A stretch of 64,000 nucleotides of DNA from IMG/VR virus record IMGVR_UViG_3300013126_000009; one strand, given 5' to 3'. The notes beneath the pieces were generated by a model. It was not told where the DNA came from. It did no database searches and was given only the letters and a program-made list of their open reading frames with translations. The position numbers and the translations under genes are program-made. Of the stretch, positions 9,374 to 18,567 are shown one piece after another. Positions within the stretch are counted from its first letter, which is position 1. Each line of letters opens with the position of its first letter. The stretch is from a virus (Duplodnaviria > Heunggongvirae > Uroviricota > Caudoviricetes).

Positions 9374-10113
9374 GTAAAAAAACCACTGAATGGAGAACAA
9401 TAGTTTTAAGTGACATTCACTTAGGTATTAGAGAATCAAAAGCGGAAGAAGTTGTAAAATTTTTAAATCAAAATAAAGCTGAGACATTAATATTGAATGG
9501 CGATATAATCGATGGTTGGGCTTTAAAACGGGGAAGTAAATGGAAGGATAAGCACACCAAGTGCATTAAGAAGTTTTTCAGGTTAGCACAAAAAGAAAGT
9601 GAGGTTTATTGGGTTAGAGGTAACCATGATGACTTTTTAGATGATTTTTTACCGTTTGAGTCAAAAATCAATGGTATAACGGTTTTAAAGGAAATGGATT
9701 ATATCGGTGCAAACGGGAACCGCTATTTGATTACACATGGTGACATCTTTGATGTTTTCATAACTAAAATGGGTTGGTTAGCCAAAATAGGTTCAATAGG
9801 TTATGATTTGGCACTATGGTTCAACTATTGGTACAATGAATGGAGAAAGTGGAGAGGTTTGCCGTATTTGTCTGTGAGTAAAATGATTAAAGATAGTGTT
9901 AAGCAAGCAGTTAAATTTGTAACGGATTTTGAAAATTATATAACGTCAGTCGCTAAGAAAAAAGGTTATGATGGTGTTATCTGTGGACATATACATCAAC
10001 CAGAGAAAAAGAACATTAATGATATTGAATATCTGAATAGTGGTGATTGGGTGGAAAACCTTTCTTGTTTGGTTGAAGATTTTGATGGTAATTGGAATGT
10101 TGTCTACTTCTGA
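9364..10113 (+). CDS. metallophosphoesterase (LpxH/Icc-like)
   Basis: LSDIHLG ... GNHDD ... GHIH motifs. Confidence 0.6.
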   Translation: MVMSKKTTEWRTIVLSDIHLGIRESKAEEVVKFLNQNKAETLILNGDIIDGWALKRGSKWKDKHTKCIKKFFRLAQKESEVYWVRGNHDDFLDDFLPFESKINGITVLKEMDYIGANGNRYLITHGDIFDVFITKMGWLAKIGSIGYDLALWFNYWYNEWRKWRGLPYLSVSKMIKDSVKQAVKFVTDFENYITSVAKKKGYDGVICGHIHQPEKKNINDIEYLNSGDWVENLSCLVEDFDGNWNVVYF

Positions 10114-10127
10114 CCATATTTATTGTT

Positions 10128-11237
10128 ATGAGGCAAGATATTAGAAAATCTTTACGTGAACAACTTAACGAAACCATTAAAAAACAAAATGGTAAGTATG
10201 TTGTATATCCAAAAAAGGGTGGTAAACGATTAGGTACTCACGACACTAAAGAGAAAGCACTTAAACAGCTGGCCGCGATTGAAATCAATAAAGCTAAACA
10301 CTTAGAAGAAATATTGAATGAGGTTGACCTATCCACATTCAAAATGAACGACACCCTTAATTCTGAAATATGGGATGGTGGTAAAATTAAAGAAGACATA
10401 CGTAAAGTATTATTAAAAATCGCAAACGATTATTGGGATTCATTGGAACTTGGTTTCACATATGATGATGTAACAATGACTGGTAGTTTGGCGAATTATA
10501 ATTGGTCAAAGTATTCAGATATTGACCTACATATAGTATTTGATGTGAACCAACTTGAAGGTGACCCTGAATTGATTAAAGATTTATTGGATACCAAAAC
10601 CAGAAAATGGAATTCTGACCATGACATAACGGTTAAAGGTTTTGATGTCGAACTTTATCTACAGGATAAAGACGAACCACATCATTCAACAGGTGTCTAC
10701 TCAATTACTGATAATGCTTGGGTTAAAGAACCAATAAAAGACATAGTTGAATTGGATAGACCAACAATCGAGAAAAAATACGATACAATAATCAAACGTA
10801 TTGAAGACATCGAAAAGGATTTTAAAAAAGGTGATGACTTAGACGGTGTAATTGATGATATTACCAAACTGAAAGAACGAATCAGAAAAATGCGAAAATC
10901 TGGTTTAGAAACTGGTGGTGAGTTTTCACCAACAAACATTGTGTTTAAACTTTTAAGACGAAATGAATTTATGGGTAAATTGAATGATATACAAACTCAA
11001 GCATACGATAAATCAGTCACCATAACTGAAAACGATGAAAAGAAACGAATATCTGTTGGTTATCTAAAAGGTTTAAAAAAGAACACAACCAATAGAAGTG
11101 GTGAAAAGGTTTTAAGTGGTTGGATTAATAAAGCTGGTAAGGATGAGTTCATATTTCTAACGCAAAGACAATATCAGTTATTACAGGACATCAAATTAGG
11201 TGGTCCAAAACCATCTTTCTACGGGACAAAAAACTAA
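10128..11237 (+). CDS. nucleotidyltransferase-fold (Pol-beta-like) domain protein
   Basis: TGSLANYNWSKYSDIDLHIVFD matches hG[GS]x9-13Dh[DE]h; start chosen at the first ATG after the upstream stop. Confidence 0.45.
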   Translation: MRQDIRKSLREQLNETIKKQNGKYVVYPKKGGKRLGTHDTKEKALKQLAAIEINKAKHLEEILNEVDLSTFKMNDTLNSEIWDGGKIKEDIRKVLLKIANDYWDSLELGFTYDDVTMTGSLANYNWSKYSDIDLHIVFDVNQLEGDPELIKDLLDTKTRKWNSDHDITVKGFDVELYLQDKDEPHHSTGVYSITDNAWVKEPIKDIVELDRPTIEKKYDTIIKRIEDIEKDFKKGDDLDGVIDDITKLKERIRKMRKSGLETGGEFSPTNIVFKLLRRNEFMGKLNDIQTQAYDKSVTITENDEKKRISVGYLKGLKKNTTNRSGEKVLSGWINKAGKDEFIFLTQRQYQLLQDIKLGGPKPSFYGTKN

Positions 11238-11321
11238 TTTCATTTTTTTTTTGAAAAAACTTGCATAGTTAATAAGTCTTTTGTATATTTGCACCATATT
11301 TAATTAATAAGAGAAAAAACT

Positions 11322-11414
11322 ATGAAAACTTTTAACGACATATTTGCTTTCAACTTTGCCGCATTCGCAGCGGAGGAGGATGATTGTGTTTACAATCCGA
11401 AGGATTTGTCGTAA
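11322..11414 (+). CDS. leader micro-ORF (30 aa) upstream of tRNA cluster 2
   Basis: ATTTAATTAATAAGAGAAAAAACTATG; a terminator follows. Confidence 0.3.
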   Translation: MKTFNDIFAFNFAAFAAEEDDCVYNPKDLS

Positions 11415-11440
11415 CTAAAAGTCAAATAAAAAACGATAAG

Positions 11441-11472
11441 AAACCCTTCGGATATCCGAAGGGTTTTTTTTT
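11441..11472 (+). terminator. rho-independent terminator
   Basis: AAACCCTTCGGATATCCGAAGGGTTTTTTTTTT. Confidence 0.7.
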
Positions 11473-11480
11473 TGATGTAT

Positions 11481-11553
11481 GTGGTGGTTACCAAGTTGGT
11501 CAAGGTGTCGCTCTGAAAAAGCGATAATGTTGGTTCGATTCCAACCCATCACA
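11481..11553 (+). tRNA. tRNA-Phe (GAA)
   Basis: Acceptor GTGGTGG/CCATCAC; anticodon arm TCGCT-CTGAAAA-AGCGA; T-arm GTTGG-TTCGATT-CCAAC. Confidence 0.65.
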
Positions 11554-11559
11554 CAAAAC

Positions 11560-11632
11560 GGTCCGTTCGACAAGTGGTTTAAGTCACCGCTCTTTCACAG
11601 CGGAGTCATGGGTTCAAATCCCATACGGACTA
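11560..11632 (+). tRNA. tRNA-Glu (UUC)
   Basis: Acceptor GGTCCGT/ACGGACT; anticodon arm CCGCT-CTTTCAC-AGCGG; T-arm ATGGG-TTCAAAT-CCCAT. Confidence 0.65.
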
Positions 11633-11686
11633 CTGAAAATATAGAGTTTTAAAGCCTTTTGACAATCTGGAAAGACGGATATTAAC

Positions 11687-11759
11687 GGACGCGAGGTGTT
11701 GTTGGTAACATACGGCCCTGTCACGGCTGAGATTGCGGGTTCAACCCCCGTGGCGTCCG
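11687..11759 (+). tRNA. tRNA-Asp (GUC)
   Basis: Acceptor GGACGCG/GGCGTCC (one mismatch); anticodon arm CGGCC-CTGTCAC-GGCTG; T-arm GCGGG-TTCAACC-CCCGT. Confidence 0.55.
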
Positions 11760-11784
11760 CCTAGACATATTTTTGGCACTTATT

Positions 11785-11857
11785 GTGGTGTTAGTTAAGC
11801 TGGCTATAATACTGCCCTTGCAAGGCGGAGTCATCGGTTCGAGGCCGATACGCTACA
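11785..11857 (+). tRNA. tRNA-Ala (UGC)
   Basis: Acceptor GTGGTGT/ACGCTAC including a G3:U70 pair (Ala identity element); anticodon arm CTGCC-CTTGCAA-GGCGG; T-arm ATCGG-TTCGAGG-CCGAT. Confidence 0.6.
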
Positions 11858-11876
11858 CTTTAAAATATTTATTATT

Positions 11877-12317
11877 GTGGCGAACAATAATAAAAAATAT
11901 CATTATATATACAAAACAACCTGTCAGGTAACTGGTAAATATTATATTGGTATACATTCAACCAGTGACCTTAACGATGGGTATATTGGTTCAGGTGTTT
12001 TGTTGAAACATTCGGTGAAGAAATATGGTGTTGAAAATCATGTCAATGAAATATTAGCTTTTGCTGATAATCGAAAAATATTATCTGAAATCGAAAAAAC
12101 TATTGTAACTGGTGATATATTAAAAGATTCCAAATGTTTAAACCTCAAAGAAGGTGGTGATGGTGGTTACATGTCAAGCAAAGAATCAAGAACATTAGCT
12201 AAATCAAAGAAACGAAAAAATCGATATAGAATTAAGAACCATAAGTCTAAAAACAAAAGTAAATCTAACAAGATTAAGAAAAAAACATCTAGGAAAAATA
12301 AACGTAAAAGAAAATAG
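11877..12317 (+). CDS. GIY-YIG homing-endonuclease-like protein (Seg/I-TevI-like) with basic C-tail
   Basis: YIYKTTCQVTGKYYIGIHST...DGYIGSG motif; lies immediately 3' of the tRNA cluster. Confidence 0.6.
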   Translation: MANNNKKYHYIYKTTCQVTGKYYIGIHSTSDLNDGYIGSGVLLKHSVKKYGVENHVNEILAFADNRKILSEIEKTIVTGDILKDSKCLNLKEGGDGGYMSSKESRTLAKSKKRKNRYRIKNHKSKNKSKSNKIKKKTSRKNKRKRK

Positions 12318-12353
12318 ATTTGCATAGTTAAAAATATTTTGTATATTTGTACC

Positions 12354-13121
12354 ATGCAAAATGAGACAATCAATAAAGAGTTGATAATAGGTTCAACAGC
12401 AATGAGGTATCATTTCCCTGACTTTAATAGGGAACCAAAAGATATCGACATTGCTGTTGAATCAACTGAAGGTCTTAAAACCACCAGAGAGGTTGAGTAT
12501 TTGGAAAATCCAATTTTATTCAAGCATATCTCAGATGGTCAGAAGTATATTGACCCGAATATGTTATTGACACTTAAGATGTCTCATTTATTTTTCAACA
12601 TCAATTGGGATAAACATATGTGGGATGTGCAGTTCTTATTGAAAAAGGGTTGTCAATATGATTATAATCTGTTATTGGAGTTATATGATTATTGGAAAGA
12701 TTTTCACCCAAGACATAGAAGGAGCAATCTTAATATGACAAAGGATGAATTTTTCACTAACGCTATCAATTATGATGAACATGAGCATGACCATTTACAT
12801 ACATTAATCAATCCAGAACCAACATATCAAAAAATATTGGTTGACGGTAAGGACGTTGAAATATCTGAAGATAAATTCAATGGGTTATCATTAAATGAGA
12901 AACTTGATGTTATTAGGGAAGAAGTGTATGTTATGGCTTATGAACGGTATAAGAATAAACATTATTTGATTGCATATTCAAAGATGTTAAAGAAGTTCAT
13001 CATGCAACATGCGCCAATATGGATGTTCCCATTTGTTGTTGAAAATTATTTAAAAATCAATAGAGCCGAAATCAATTTTATTAACTTAATTAAAAATCAA
13101 TTAAACTATGAACTTAACTGA
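12354..13121 (+). CDS. hypothetical protein
   Basis: ORF; start placed at the ATG just after the TATATTTGTACC -7 box. Confidence 0.45.
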   Translation: MQNETINKELIIGSTAMRYHFPDFNREPKDIDIAVESTEGLKTTREVEYLENPILFKHISDGQKYIDPNMLLTLKMSHLFFNINWDKHMWDVQFLLKKGCQYDYNLLLELYDYWKDFHPRHRRSNLNMTKDEFFTNAINYDEHEHDHLHTLINPEPTYQKILVDGKDVEISEDKFNGLSLNEKLDVIREEVYVMAYERYKNKHYLIAYSKMLKKFIMQHAPIWMFPFVVENYLKINRAEINFINLIKNQLNYELN

Positions 13122-13344
13122 AATTAACAAATTATTACATAATGTTAACGGACTCGAAATAGCTGAGTCCAGAACACCTTATGATTATGACGATGACCAA
13201 TCATGTTATGAGGTTAAAAAATTATCTGATAAATTATATATTAAATTAGACTACTACAGAGATTCCTATGGATATAAGGAATTGATTGGTATACAGTTCG
13301 TTGAACCAACGGAAGTTAAAATAACAAAATTTGAATCACTTTAA
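13108..13344 (+). CDS. hypothetical protein
   Basis: 78-aa ORF. Confidence 0.35.
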   Translation: MNLTEINKLLHNVNGLEIAESRTPYDYDDDQSCYEVKKLSDKLYIKLDYYRDSYGYKELIGIQFVEPTEVKITKFESL

Positions 13345-13738
13345 AATTAGAAAAAAAATGGAAAAATTAACATTCTCAGAATTAATGACGGAAATTGAAG
13401 CTACCTTTGGTGACGTTTCAGAATTTGCTCATGATGGTTTTTACTACATCACGGTACCAAATGATTTCATGCCAGAACTTGATAGTGACTATGAGTCTAG
13501 AAAGCAACGAAGAGAGGAATATCTTAAAACGACTAAATTTGGTACCGTAAATGTTGTTGACCAACACGGTGGTGAAGGTGAAGGTGAAGAATGGTACATT
13601 GTATACCATTTTGTTGACCATGATGTTTATGTCAGAGTTGATGGTTGGTATCAATCATACCATGGTACTGAATTTGACGGTTGGGGTTCTTGCCGTGAAG
13701 TTAGACCGCAACAAAGAATGGTAACTTTTTATGAATAA
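13331..13738 (+). CDS. hypothetical protein
   Basis: 135-aa ORF. Confidence 0.4.
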   Translation: MNHFKIRKKMEKLTFSELMTEIEATFGDVSEFAHDGFYYITVPNDFMPELDSDYESRKQRREEYLKTTKFGTVNVVDQHGGEGEGEEWYIVYHFVDHDVYVRVDGWYQSYHGTEFDGWGSCREVRPQQRMVTFYE

Positions 13739-13759
13739 ATTTGCACAATTAAAATATAA

Positions 13760-15245
13760 TTTGTATATTTGTATTGTTCTTTGAAATTAAAACATTAAAG
13801 GTTCATTTCAGCAAATTCGTATTAACATCAAATTTTTTCTTTGAAGCAGTTAGAAACGTGAACCTGAAACTTACATAGAAAGTGGGTGGGATGAAAGCGA
13901 CAATAACAACATTAATTCAATAAATGTAAATAAATTTTATATTTTCTTTAAACTTTTTAATTTTTCTACATATTTATATATGATGTTGAAAGCTTTTAAA
14001 TATAGACTTAATCCGACTGAAGAACAAAAAGTTCTTCTGAATAAGCATATTGGTGCTTCTAGGTTTATATATAATTTAGCGTTGGAAACCAAACAAATAG
14101 CTTATGCTGGCAATAAACATAATCTTTCTTGTTTTGAACTGCATTCACAACTAAAAGAATTGAAAGAAGAATTGTCTTGGTTAAAGGAAATTAATTCACA
14201 ATCATTACAGCAAAGTATAACTAATTTAGATAAAGCATATACCGCTTTTTTTAAAGGTCAAAATTCATTTCCTAAGTATAAAAAGAAATCTAATGGTGGT
14301 AGTTTTAACATACCACAAAGAGTAAAAGTAGAAAATAATAAATTAATTATACCTAAATTCACAAAGAAAAATGGGTTAGATATTATATTACATAGACCAC
14401 TTAAAGGTGAAATAAGACAAGCAACAATATCTAAAACACCCACAGGTAAGTATTTTGTTTCCATTCTTTGTGAAACTGGTGAACAATGTAAACCTAAATC
14501 TAAGATAAAAGAAGAAACTACTATTGGTATAGACTTAGGAATTAAAGATTTCGTAATAACATCAGATGGTGAAGTATTTGATAACCCTAAGCACTTACGT
14601 AAAGCACAATCTAAATTAAAATACATACAGAGTAAGTATAGTAAAAATAAAGGAAAAAGAACAAAACAAAAATTAGCAAAGTTACATGAAAAAGTAACAA
14701 ATAAAAGAAAAGATTATTTGCATAAAATATCTTCTAAACTGGTTCGTGAGAACCAAACAATCAGTTTAGAAAATCTTGCTGTAAGTAATATGATTAAAAA
14801 TCATAATTTAGCACAAGCAATATCAGATGTAAGTTGGTCAACTTTTGTTAATATGTTAGAATATAAGTCTGAATGGTATGGAACAAATATACTTAAGATA
14901 GGTAGATTTGAACCATCATCAAAGACATGTTCTAACTGTGGTTATATTAATAAAGAACTAACGTTAAAAGATAGAGAATGGACTTGTGTTAACTGTAATA
15001 CTGAACATGATAGGGATATAAATGCGGCAATTAATATTAAAAATTTTAGTTTAAGAAATATTTTGTCAGGAACTGACAGAAAAAATCATGACGAACTGCC
15101 CACGTTAGTGGGAGTGCTGACTCATGAAGCCCAACCCATCGCCTCTGGCGTGGGTGGGTAGTTCACCGACCTCTCGAAGACCGATTGTTATTGTGGTGAT
15201 TGCGCATTGAATCACAAGAAAGACCGTAATGGCTCCCCTTCTTTT
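13760..15245 (+). mobile_element. IS605-family (IS1341-like) element carrying tnpB only; boundaries approximate
   Basis: tnpB plus a GC-rich 3' segment GCCCACGTTAGTGGGAGTG...GGCGTGGGTGGGTAG...AATGGCTCCCCTTC (15100-15245) consistent with an RE/omega-RNA scaffold. Confidence 0.5.
13980..15161 (+). CDS. tnpB: IS200/IS605-family transposase accessory protein TnpB (OrfB)
   Basis: OrfB N-terminal helix-turn-helix region; C-terminal zinc finger CSNCGY...CVNCN; typical size; no tnpA adjacent. Confidence 0.8.
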   Translation: MMLKAFKYRLNPTEEQKVLLNKHIGASRFIYNLALETKQIAYAGNKHNLSCFELHSQLKELKEELSWLKEINSQSLQQSITNLDKAYTAFFKGQNSFPKYKKKSNGGSFNIPQRVKVENNKLIIPKFTKKNGLDIILHRPLKGEIRQATISKTPTGKYFVSILCETGEQCKPKSKIKEETTIGIDLGIKDFVITSDGEVFDNPKHLRKAQSKLKYIQSKYSKNKGKRTKQKLAKLHEKVTNKRKDYLHKISSKLVRENQTISLENLAVSNMIKNHNLAQAISDVSWSTFVNMLEYKSEWYGTNILKIGRFEPSSKTCSNCGYINKELTLKDREWTCVNCNTEHDRDINAAINIKNFSLRNILSGTDRKNHDELPTLVGVLTHEAQPIASGVGG

Positions 15246-15309
15246 TTTTTTAACATATTTATAATAAATAAGAATTCGATAGTATCATATATTAGATGAT
15301 TAAATCGAA

Positions 15310-15594
15310 TTGATATTAAATAATAATTCATGGAAAATACTGATGGTGACAGTAAACAGAAAGATAGCAACGATTTGTCTAATTCTAGCGACTTGGACAA
15401 ACCCATTCGGGTTCGATGTGGCGTTTGCATCGATAATGAGTTGGACAGGGGATTATTGGACTACAACTTTAATTTTCTATTGCCTATCGGCTCTGTTCTT
15501 TGGCTTATTTTTCTATTTCTCTAAAATAAACCCTTTATTATATTTTAGAGAAAAACTAAGAAATACTTTGAATACGATTAAAAAGATACTTTAA
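15310..15594 (+). CDS. hypothetical small membrane protein
   Basis: 94-aa hydrophobic ORF; an alternative overlapping frame (15330..15524) is less likely. Confidence 0.3.
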   Translation: MILNNNSWKILMVTVNRKIATICLILATWTNPFGFDVAFASIMSWTGDYWTTTLIFYCLSALFFGLFFYFSKINPLLYFREKLRNTLNTIKKIL

Positions 15595-15661
15595 ATGTCA
15601 ATTTGACAGGAAAACCTATATGGTTTAAAATTTGTGTATATTTGTAAAAAATAAAAATACT

Positions 15662-16192
15662 ATGAAAAAAAACGATGACGATTTCTTTGGTGATATGTTC
15701 GGTGACGGATTTGATGATGATTTTATAAGAGGTTTTGGTGGTTTCGGTTCATTCCTTAAAGGGTTTAGGGAACACCACTTCAACGACAAAGAAGATTTGG
15801 GTGAACCAGATTCAGTAAGGGAGTTTAAACAAGATGGTCACACTTTTATTGAAAAAATATGGAATACACCAACAGGTAAAGTTAAAATCATTGAGTCAAC
15901 CAACATTAACATTGAGAATGATGATTTTGATATTGAAAGTATAACAGATTATGATTCATTGGGTATTAATATGAATGATATTGAAGACTTCTTTTCATTT
16001 GTTAGCGGGATGGGTTCGGCTAATAGGAAACCTTTTAAAAATCGAGAAATAACCAAAGAAGAAAAACTTGACCTATTGACTACCAAGTTGCAGTATTGTG
16101 TTGATACCGAAAACTATGAAAGAGCTGCTAGACTTAGAGATATGATAGCTGAACTTAAAGAAGAAAAAAATTCAGAAAAAAGTGAAAAATAA
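15662..16192 (+). CDS. acidic protein with C-terminal UVR (UvrB/UvrC-like) motif
   Basis: ...ENYERAARLRDMIAELKE resembles the UVR-domain consensus; start taken at the ATG after the TTTGTGTATATTTGTA box. Confidence 0.4.
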   Translation: MKKNDDDFFGDMFGDGFDDDFIRGFGGFGSFLKGFREHHFNDKEDLGEPDSVREFKQDGHTFIEKIWNTPTGKVKIIESTNINIENDDFDIESITDYDSLGINMNDIEDFFSFVSGMGSANRKPFKNREITKEEKLDLLTTKLQYCVDTENYERAARLRDMIAELKEEKNSEKSEK

Positions 16193-16199
16193 TTTGGTG

Positions 16200-16688
16200 A
16201 TATGAAAAATAATCACTATATTTGTATCATCGTTCTTTGACAATATTATAAAGGTAGGCCGATAGCAGTTTAATGGCGAGGCAGCATCGTCCACATTTCA
16301 GGTTGCCACCATGCAACTGGTGCTGAGTGTGTAGGCCACCTATTTAGAATTATGGTTGTTTGGTACAAGTTAAGTTGAAATTGCTTTTATGAAAACTAAA
16401 AATTTCACCGAGGCCATCAACCGTAACATATTTTGACTCATCCAATTGGTTTTATAATATTAAAATTCATCTGTTTCAGCAGACAGTACTTTCAGTTATG
16501 AAGTTCCGAAAAGAGATGGTCTGGAGCTGCCATCAAAGTATAGCCCGACACCAAAGGGCGTTGTCTGTTTGAAAGTGTGGTTACCATTAACTCAAAATGG
16601 CATCTGGTACACCTAGTAATATGATTACTGTGAAAGGGATTCAGATTAACTGCATCCTCCTGTGGTGGGAGGCAGATGATAATTTCAT
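16200..16688 (+). ncRNA. candidate structured non-coding RNA (relatively GC-rich, ORF-free, hairpin-rich)
   Basis: Follows the promoter TATATTTGTATC at 16218. Local hairpins CCACC-ATGCAACT-GGTG, CTGT-TTCAGCAG-ACAG, CCTCC-TGTGGTG-GGAGG. No ORF of 60 aa or more on the plus strand. Confidence 0.35.
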
Positions 16689-16818
16689 AGTCAGGTGGCG
16701 GAATTGGTAGACGCTAAAAAAGATAATGGTGTAGATTACACAAGATTGAGGAATTAAGTTTCCAAAGGTATCGGGAAAATATAACTACACTGTACAGGTT
16801 CGAATCCTGTCCTGACTA
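16689..16818 (+). ncRNA. tRNA-like element A (130 nt; tRNA acceptor/D/T framework with long internal insertion)
   Basis: AGTCAGG-TG-GCGGAATTGGTAGACGC ... ACAGG-TTCGAAT-CCTGT-CCTGACT-A, perfect 7-bp acceptor pairing, about 78 nt between D-arm and T-arm. Confidence 0.5.
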
Positions 16819-16951
16819 CAATTCAATTGACGTTAAAACCATATACAATGGGAGTCACCGATGTGTCTAAGTTAGAGGTACACTAACACAAATCACATTG
16901 ACAACAGTTATCGGAGAGGAAATGGAAACCCTCATTGAATTTTTTAAACGG

Positions 16952-17075
16952 TCAGTCGGTGTATTGGCGAAACACAGATTGGTAACAAGTGTCGGTAATC
17001 AAGACGGGTGAGTAACGCGTAATAAGCCCTGAGAGAAAAACACACCTCATCTTATAAAGGTTCGAATCCTTTACT
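16952..17075 (+). ncRNA. tRNA-like element C (~124 nt) with long internal insertion; coordinates approximate (+/-2)
   Basis: GGTCAGT-CG-GTGT-ATTGGCGAA-ACAC ... AAAGG-TTCGAAT-CCTTT-ACTGACC-A; acceptor complement perfect. Confidence 0.45.
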
Positions 17076-17280
17076 GACCACAAGCCGTTTTTTAGTCCTC
17101 GTCCTATGAGACTATTGTTTAACGAGATGAAACAAATGTTGTATAAAGGGGTTTAGGTAAGTTTTCCAGAAAACTGTGGTCCTTTTCCTTACCGAAGGAG
17201 TTTTCAGACCTAAACTCAAAACTCAAACGACAGTAAAGAAGTAGGGACAAACGGGAGCGGCTTACTCCCGTCCCGAATAT

Positions 17281-17383
17281 AGTCAGGTGGCGGAATTGGT
17301 AGACGCATAATACCCTACATTGTGGGTAAAAGAATAAGGTCATTAGATGATACTTCATATAGGTTCGAATCCTGTCCTGACTA
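17281..17383 (+). ncRNA. tRNA-like element B (103 nt); ends identical to element A, interior different
   Basis: First 26 nt identical to element A, last ~24 nt near-identical. Interior has an anticodon-like arm ATAAT-ACCCTAC-ATTGT (CCU) and a 35-nt extra arm. Confidence 0.5.
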
Positions 17384-17387
17384 CGAG

Positions 17388-17490
17388 CTTAAAACTAAAA
17401 CTGAATGGTTGTCAGTTTTCGGTTCCGCTTTGTTTTACGGGGGTTCGAATCCTTCAAGATTGGTTGGCATAGGTGGGTTCGACTCCCACC
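17388..17490 (+). ncRNA. two degenerate or truncated tRNA-like sequences (D-armless; acceptor+T-arm minihelix)
   Basis: GGGGG-TTCGAAT-CCTTC and GTGGG-TTCGACT-CCCAC T-arms with partially paired acceptor strands (GATTGGT/CCCAATC). Confidence 0.3.
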
Positions 17491-17536
17491 CCAATCTAAA
17501 TTTAATTTTAAAATTTAAAAACATAAAAAAGATAAT

Positions 17537-17923
17537 ATGACATTAACCGTAGTTTTTTTAGTTCTTATAACCCATTGGTTTGCTGATTTTGTGTTACAAA
17601 CTGATAAACAAGCTAAAGGTAAAAGTAATAATTGGCGTGACTTATTAGCGCATACCAGTACATATAGTTCGGTATGGTTACTTGTTAGTTGTATACTTTT
17701 TGGTTTAATGTCAGGTGGACACACAACTAATTGGTACGTATTGAATTCAATAATGTTCACCTTAATCACATTTATATCACATACAGTTACTGATTATTTT
17801 ACTAGCAGACTAAACTCAAGGTTGTGGGCAAAAGGTGACGTGCATAATTTTTTTGTTAGCGTTGGTTTTGACCAAGTATTACATTATGTACAATTGTTTT
17901 TAACCTTAATGCTACTGTTGTGA
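17537..17923 (+). CDS. hypothetical membrane protein
   Basis: 128 aa with about 4 hydrophobic segments. Confidence 0.4.
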   Translation: MTLTVVFLVLITHWFADFVLQTDKQAKGKSNNWRDLLAHTSTYSSVWLLVSCILFGLMSGGHTTNWYVLNSIMFTLITFISHTVTDYFTSRLNSRLWAKGDVHNFFVSVGFDQVLHYVQLFLTLMLLL

Positions 17924-17978
17924 AATCAAAAAAATTACTATATTTGTAAGGTGATTAAAGAAAAAATGTTCGATAGGA

Positions 17979-18026
17979 GTACCTGTCCTAGCGGTTCGTA
18001 ACCGCCCTATTGAATTATAAAAACCA
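17979..18026 (+). ncRNA. minihelix-like tRNA fragment (acceptor stem + T-arm only)
   Basis: CGATAGG ... GCGG-TTCGTAA-CCGC-CCTATTG-A. Confidence 0.3.
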
Positions 18027-18116
18027 AATTAGGAAAGTTACTTGTGGAAAGGACGGACAGGAGGGTGGCCAATACGTAAGGCCTTTGGGGTTCGAATCCC
18101 ACGGTTTGGTTTTTAA
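18023..18116 (+). ncRNA. tRNA-like element D (~93 nt)
   Basis: Acceptor CCAAATT/GGTTTGG (2 G-U pairs), T-arm TGGGG-TTCGAAT-CCCAC, internal hairpins; anticodon not assignable. Confidence 0.3.
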
Positions 18117-18123
18117 TAATATT

Positions 18124-18211
18124 GGTTGTGCGGACGCAATGGGCCGTAAACGGTGCAAATCCGTTTAATCAGAGGTGAGAAGCCTCAAGTGGTTCGTAGC
18201 CACCACAACCA
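18124..18211 (+). tRNA. type-II-like tRNA (anticodon loop TGCAAAT, CAA?, Leu-like), possibly a pseudogene
   Basis: Acceptor GGTTGTG/CACAACC perfect; anticodon arm AAACGG-TGCAAAT-CCGTTT; long variable-arm hairpin GAGG-TGAGAAG-CCTC; unusual T-loop TTCGTAG (no A58). Confidence 0.35.
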
Positions 18212-18276
18212 CAAAATTAATTTAATATGGGTTTTTTAGCCAAAGGTAAACGAACTGAAAAAAAAAAACATAATTA

Positions 18277-18567
18277 ATGAACAAACTATTAGCAAGATTA
18301 AAAATTGCATTTGATGCATTATTCAATCGTGACCGAATGATGGTCGTATACGTTACCGAAGAAGAATTGACAGGACTATTATCTGGTTCTGAGGATAGTT
18401 TTGAGATGGCAATAACCTACTTTGGGCTGACCGAAGAAATGACAAGATTAATTTTAAGTCACTTAGGTGATAATATCGATAGAGATAAGGAATGGGAACG
18501 GCTACATGAAAAATACGAGCAATATAAAATCGATAAAGATTTAGAAAAATTCGTTGGTAAATATTAA
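18277..18567 (+). CDS. hypothetical protein
   Basis: 96-aa ORF. Confidence 0.4.
   Translation: MNKLLARLKIAFDALFNRDRMMVVYVTEEELTGLLSGSEDSFEMAITYFGLTEEMTRLILSHLGDNIDRDKEWERLHEKYEQYKIDKDLEKFVGKY

Noticed and set aside
17119-17769. Minus-strand ORFs 17119..17358 and 17515..17769 and plus-strand 17322..17540 in the tRNA-like region
   Set aside because: They overlap tRNA-like elements and the 17537..17923 gene; the peptides have low complexity; the region is better explained as RNA-coding.
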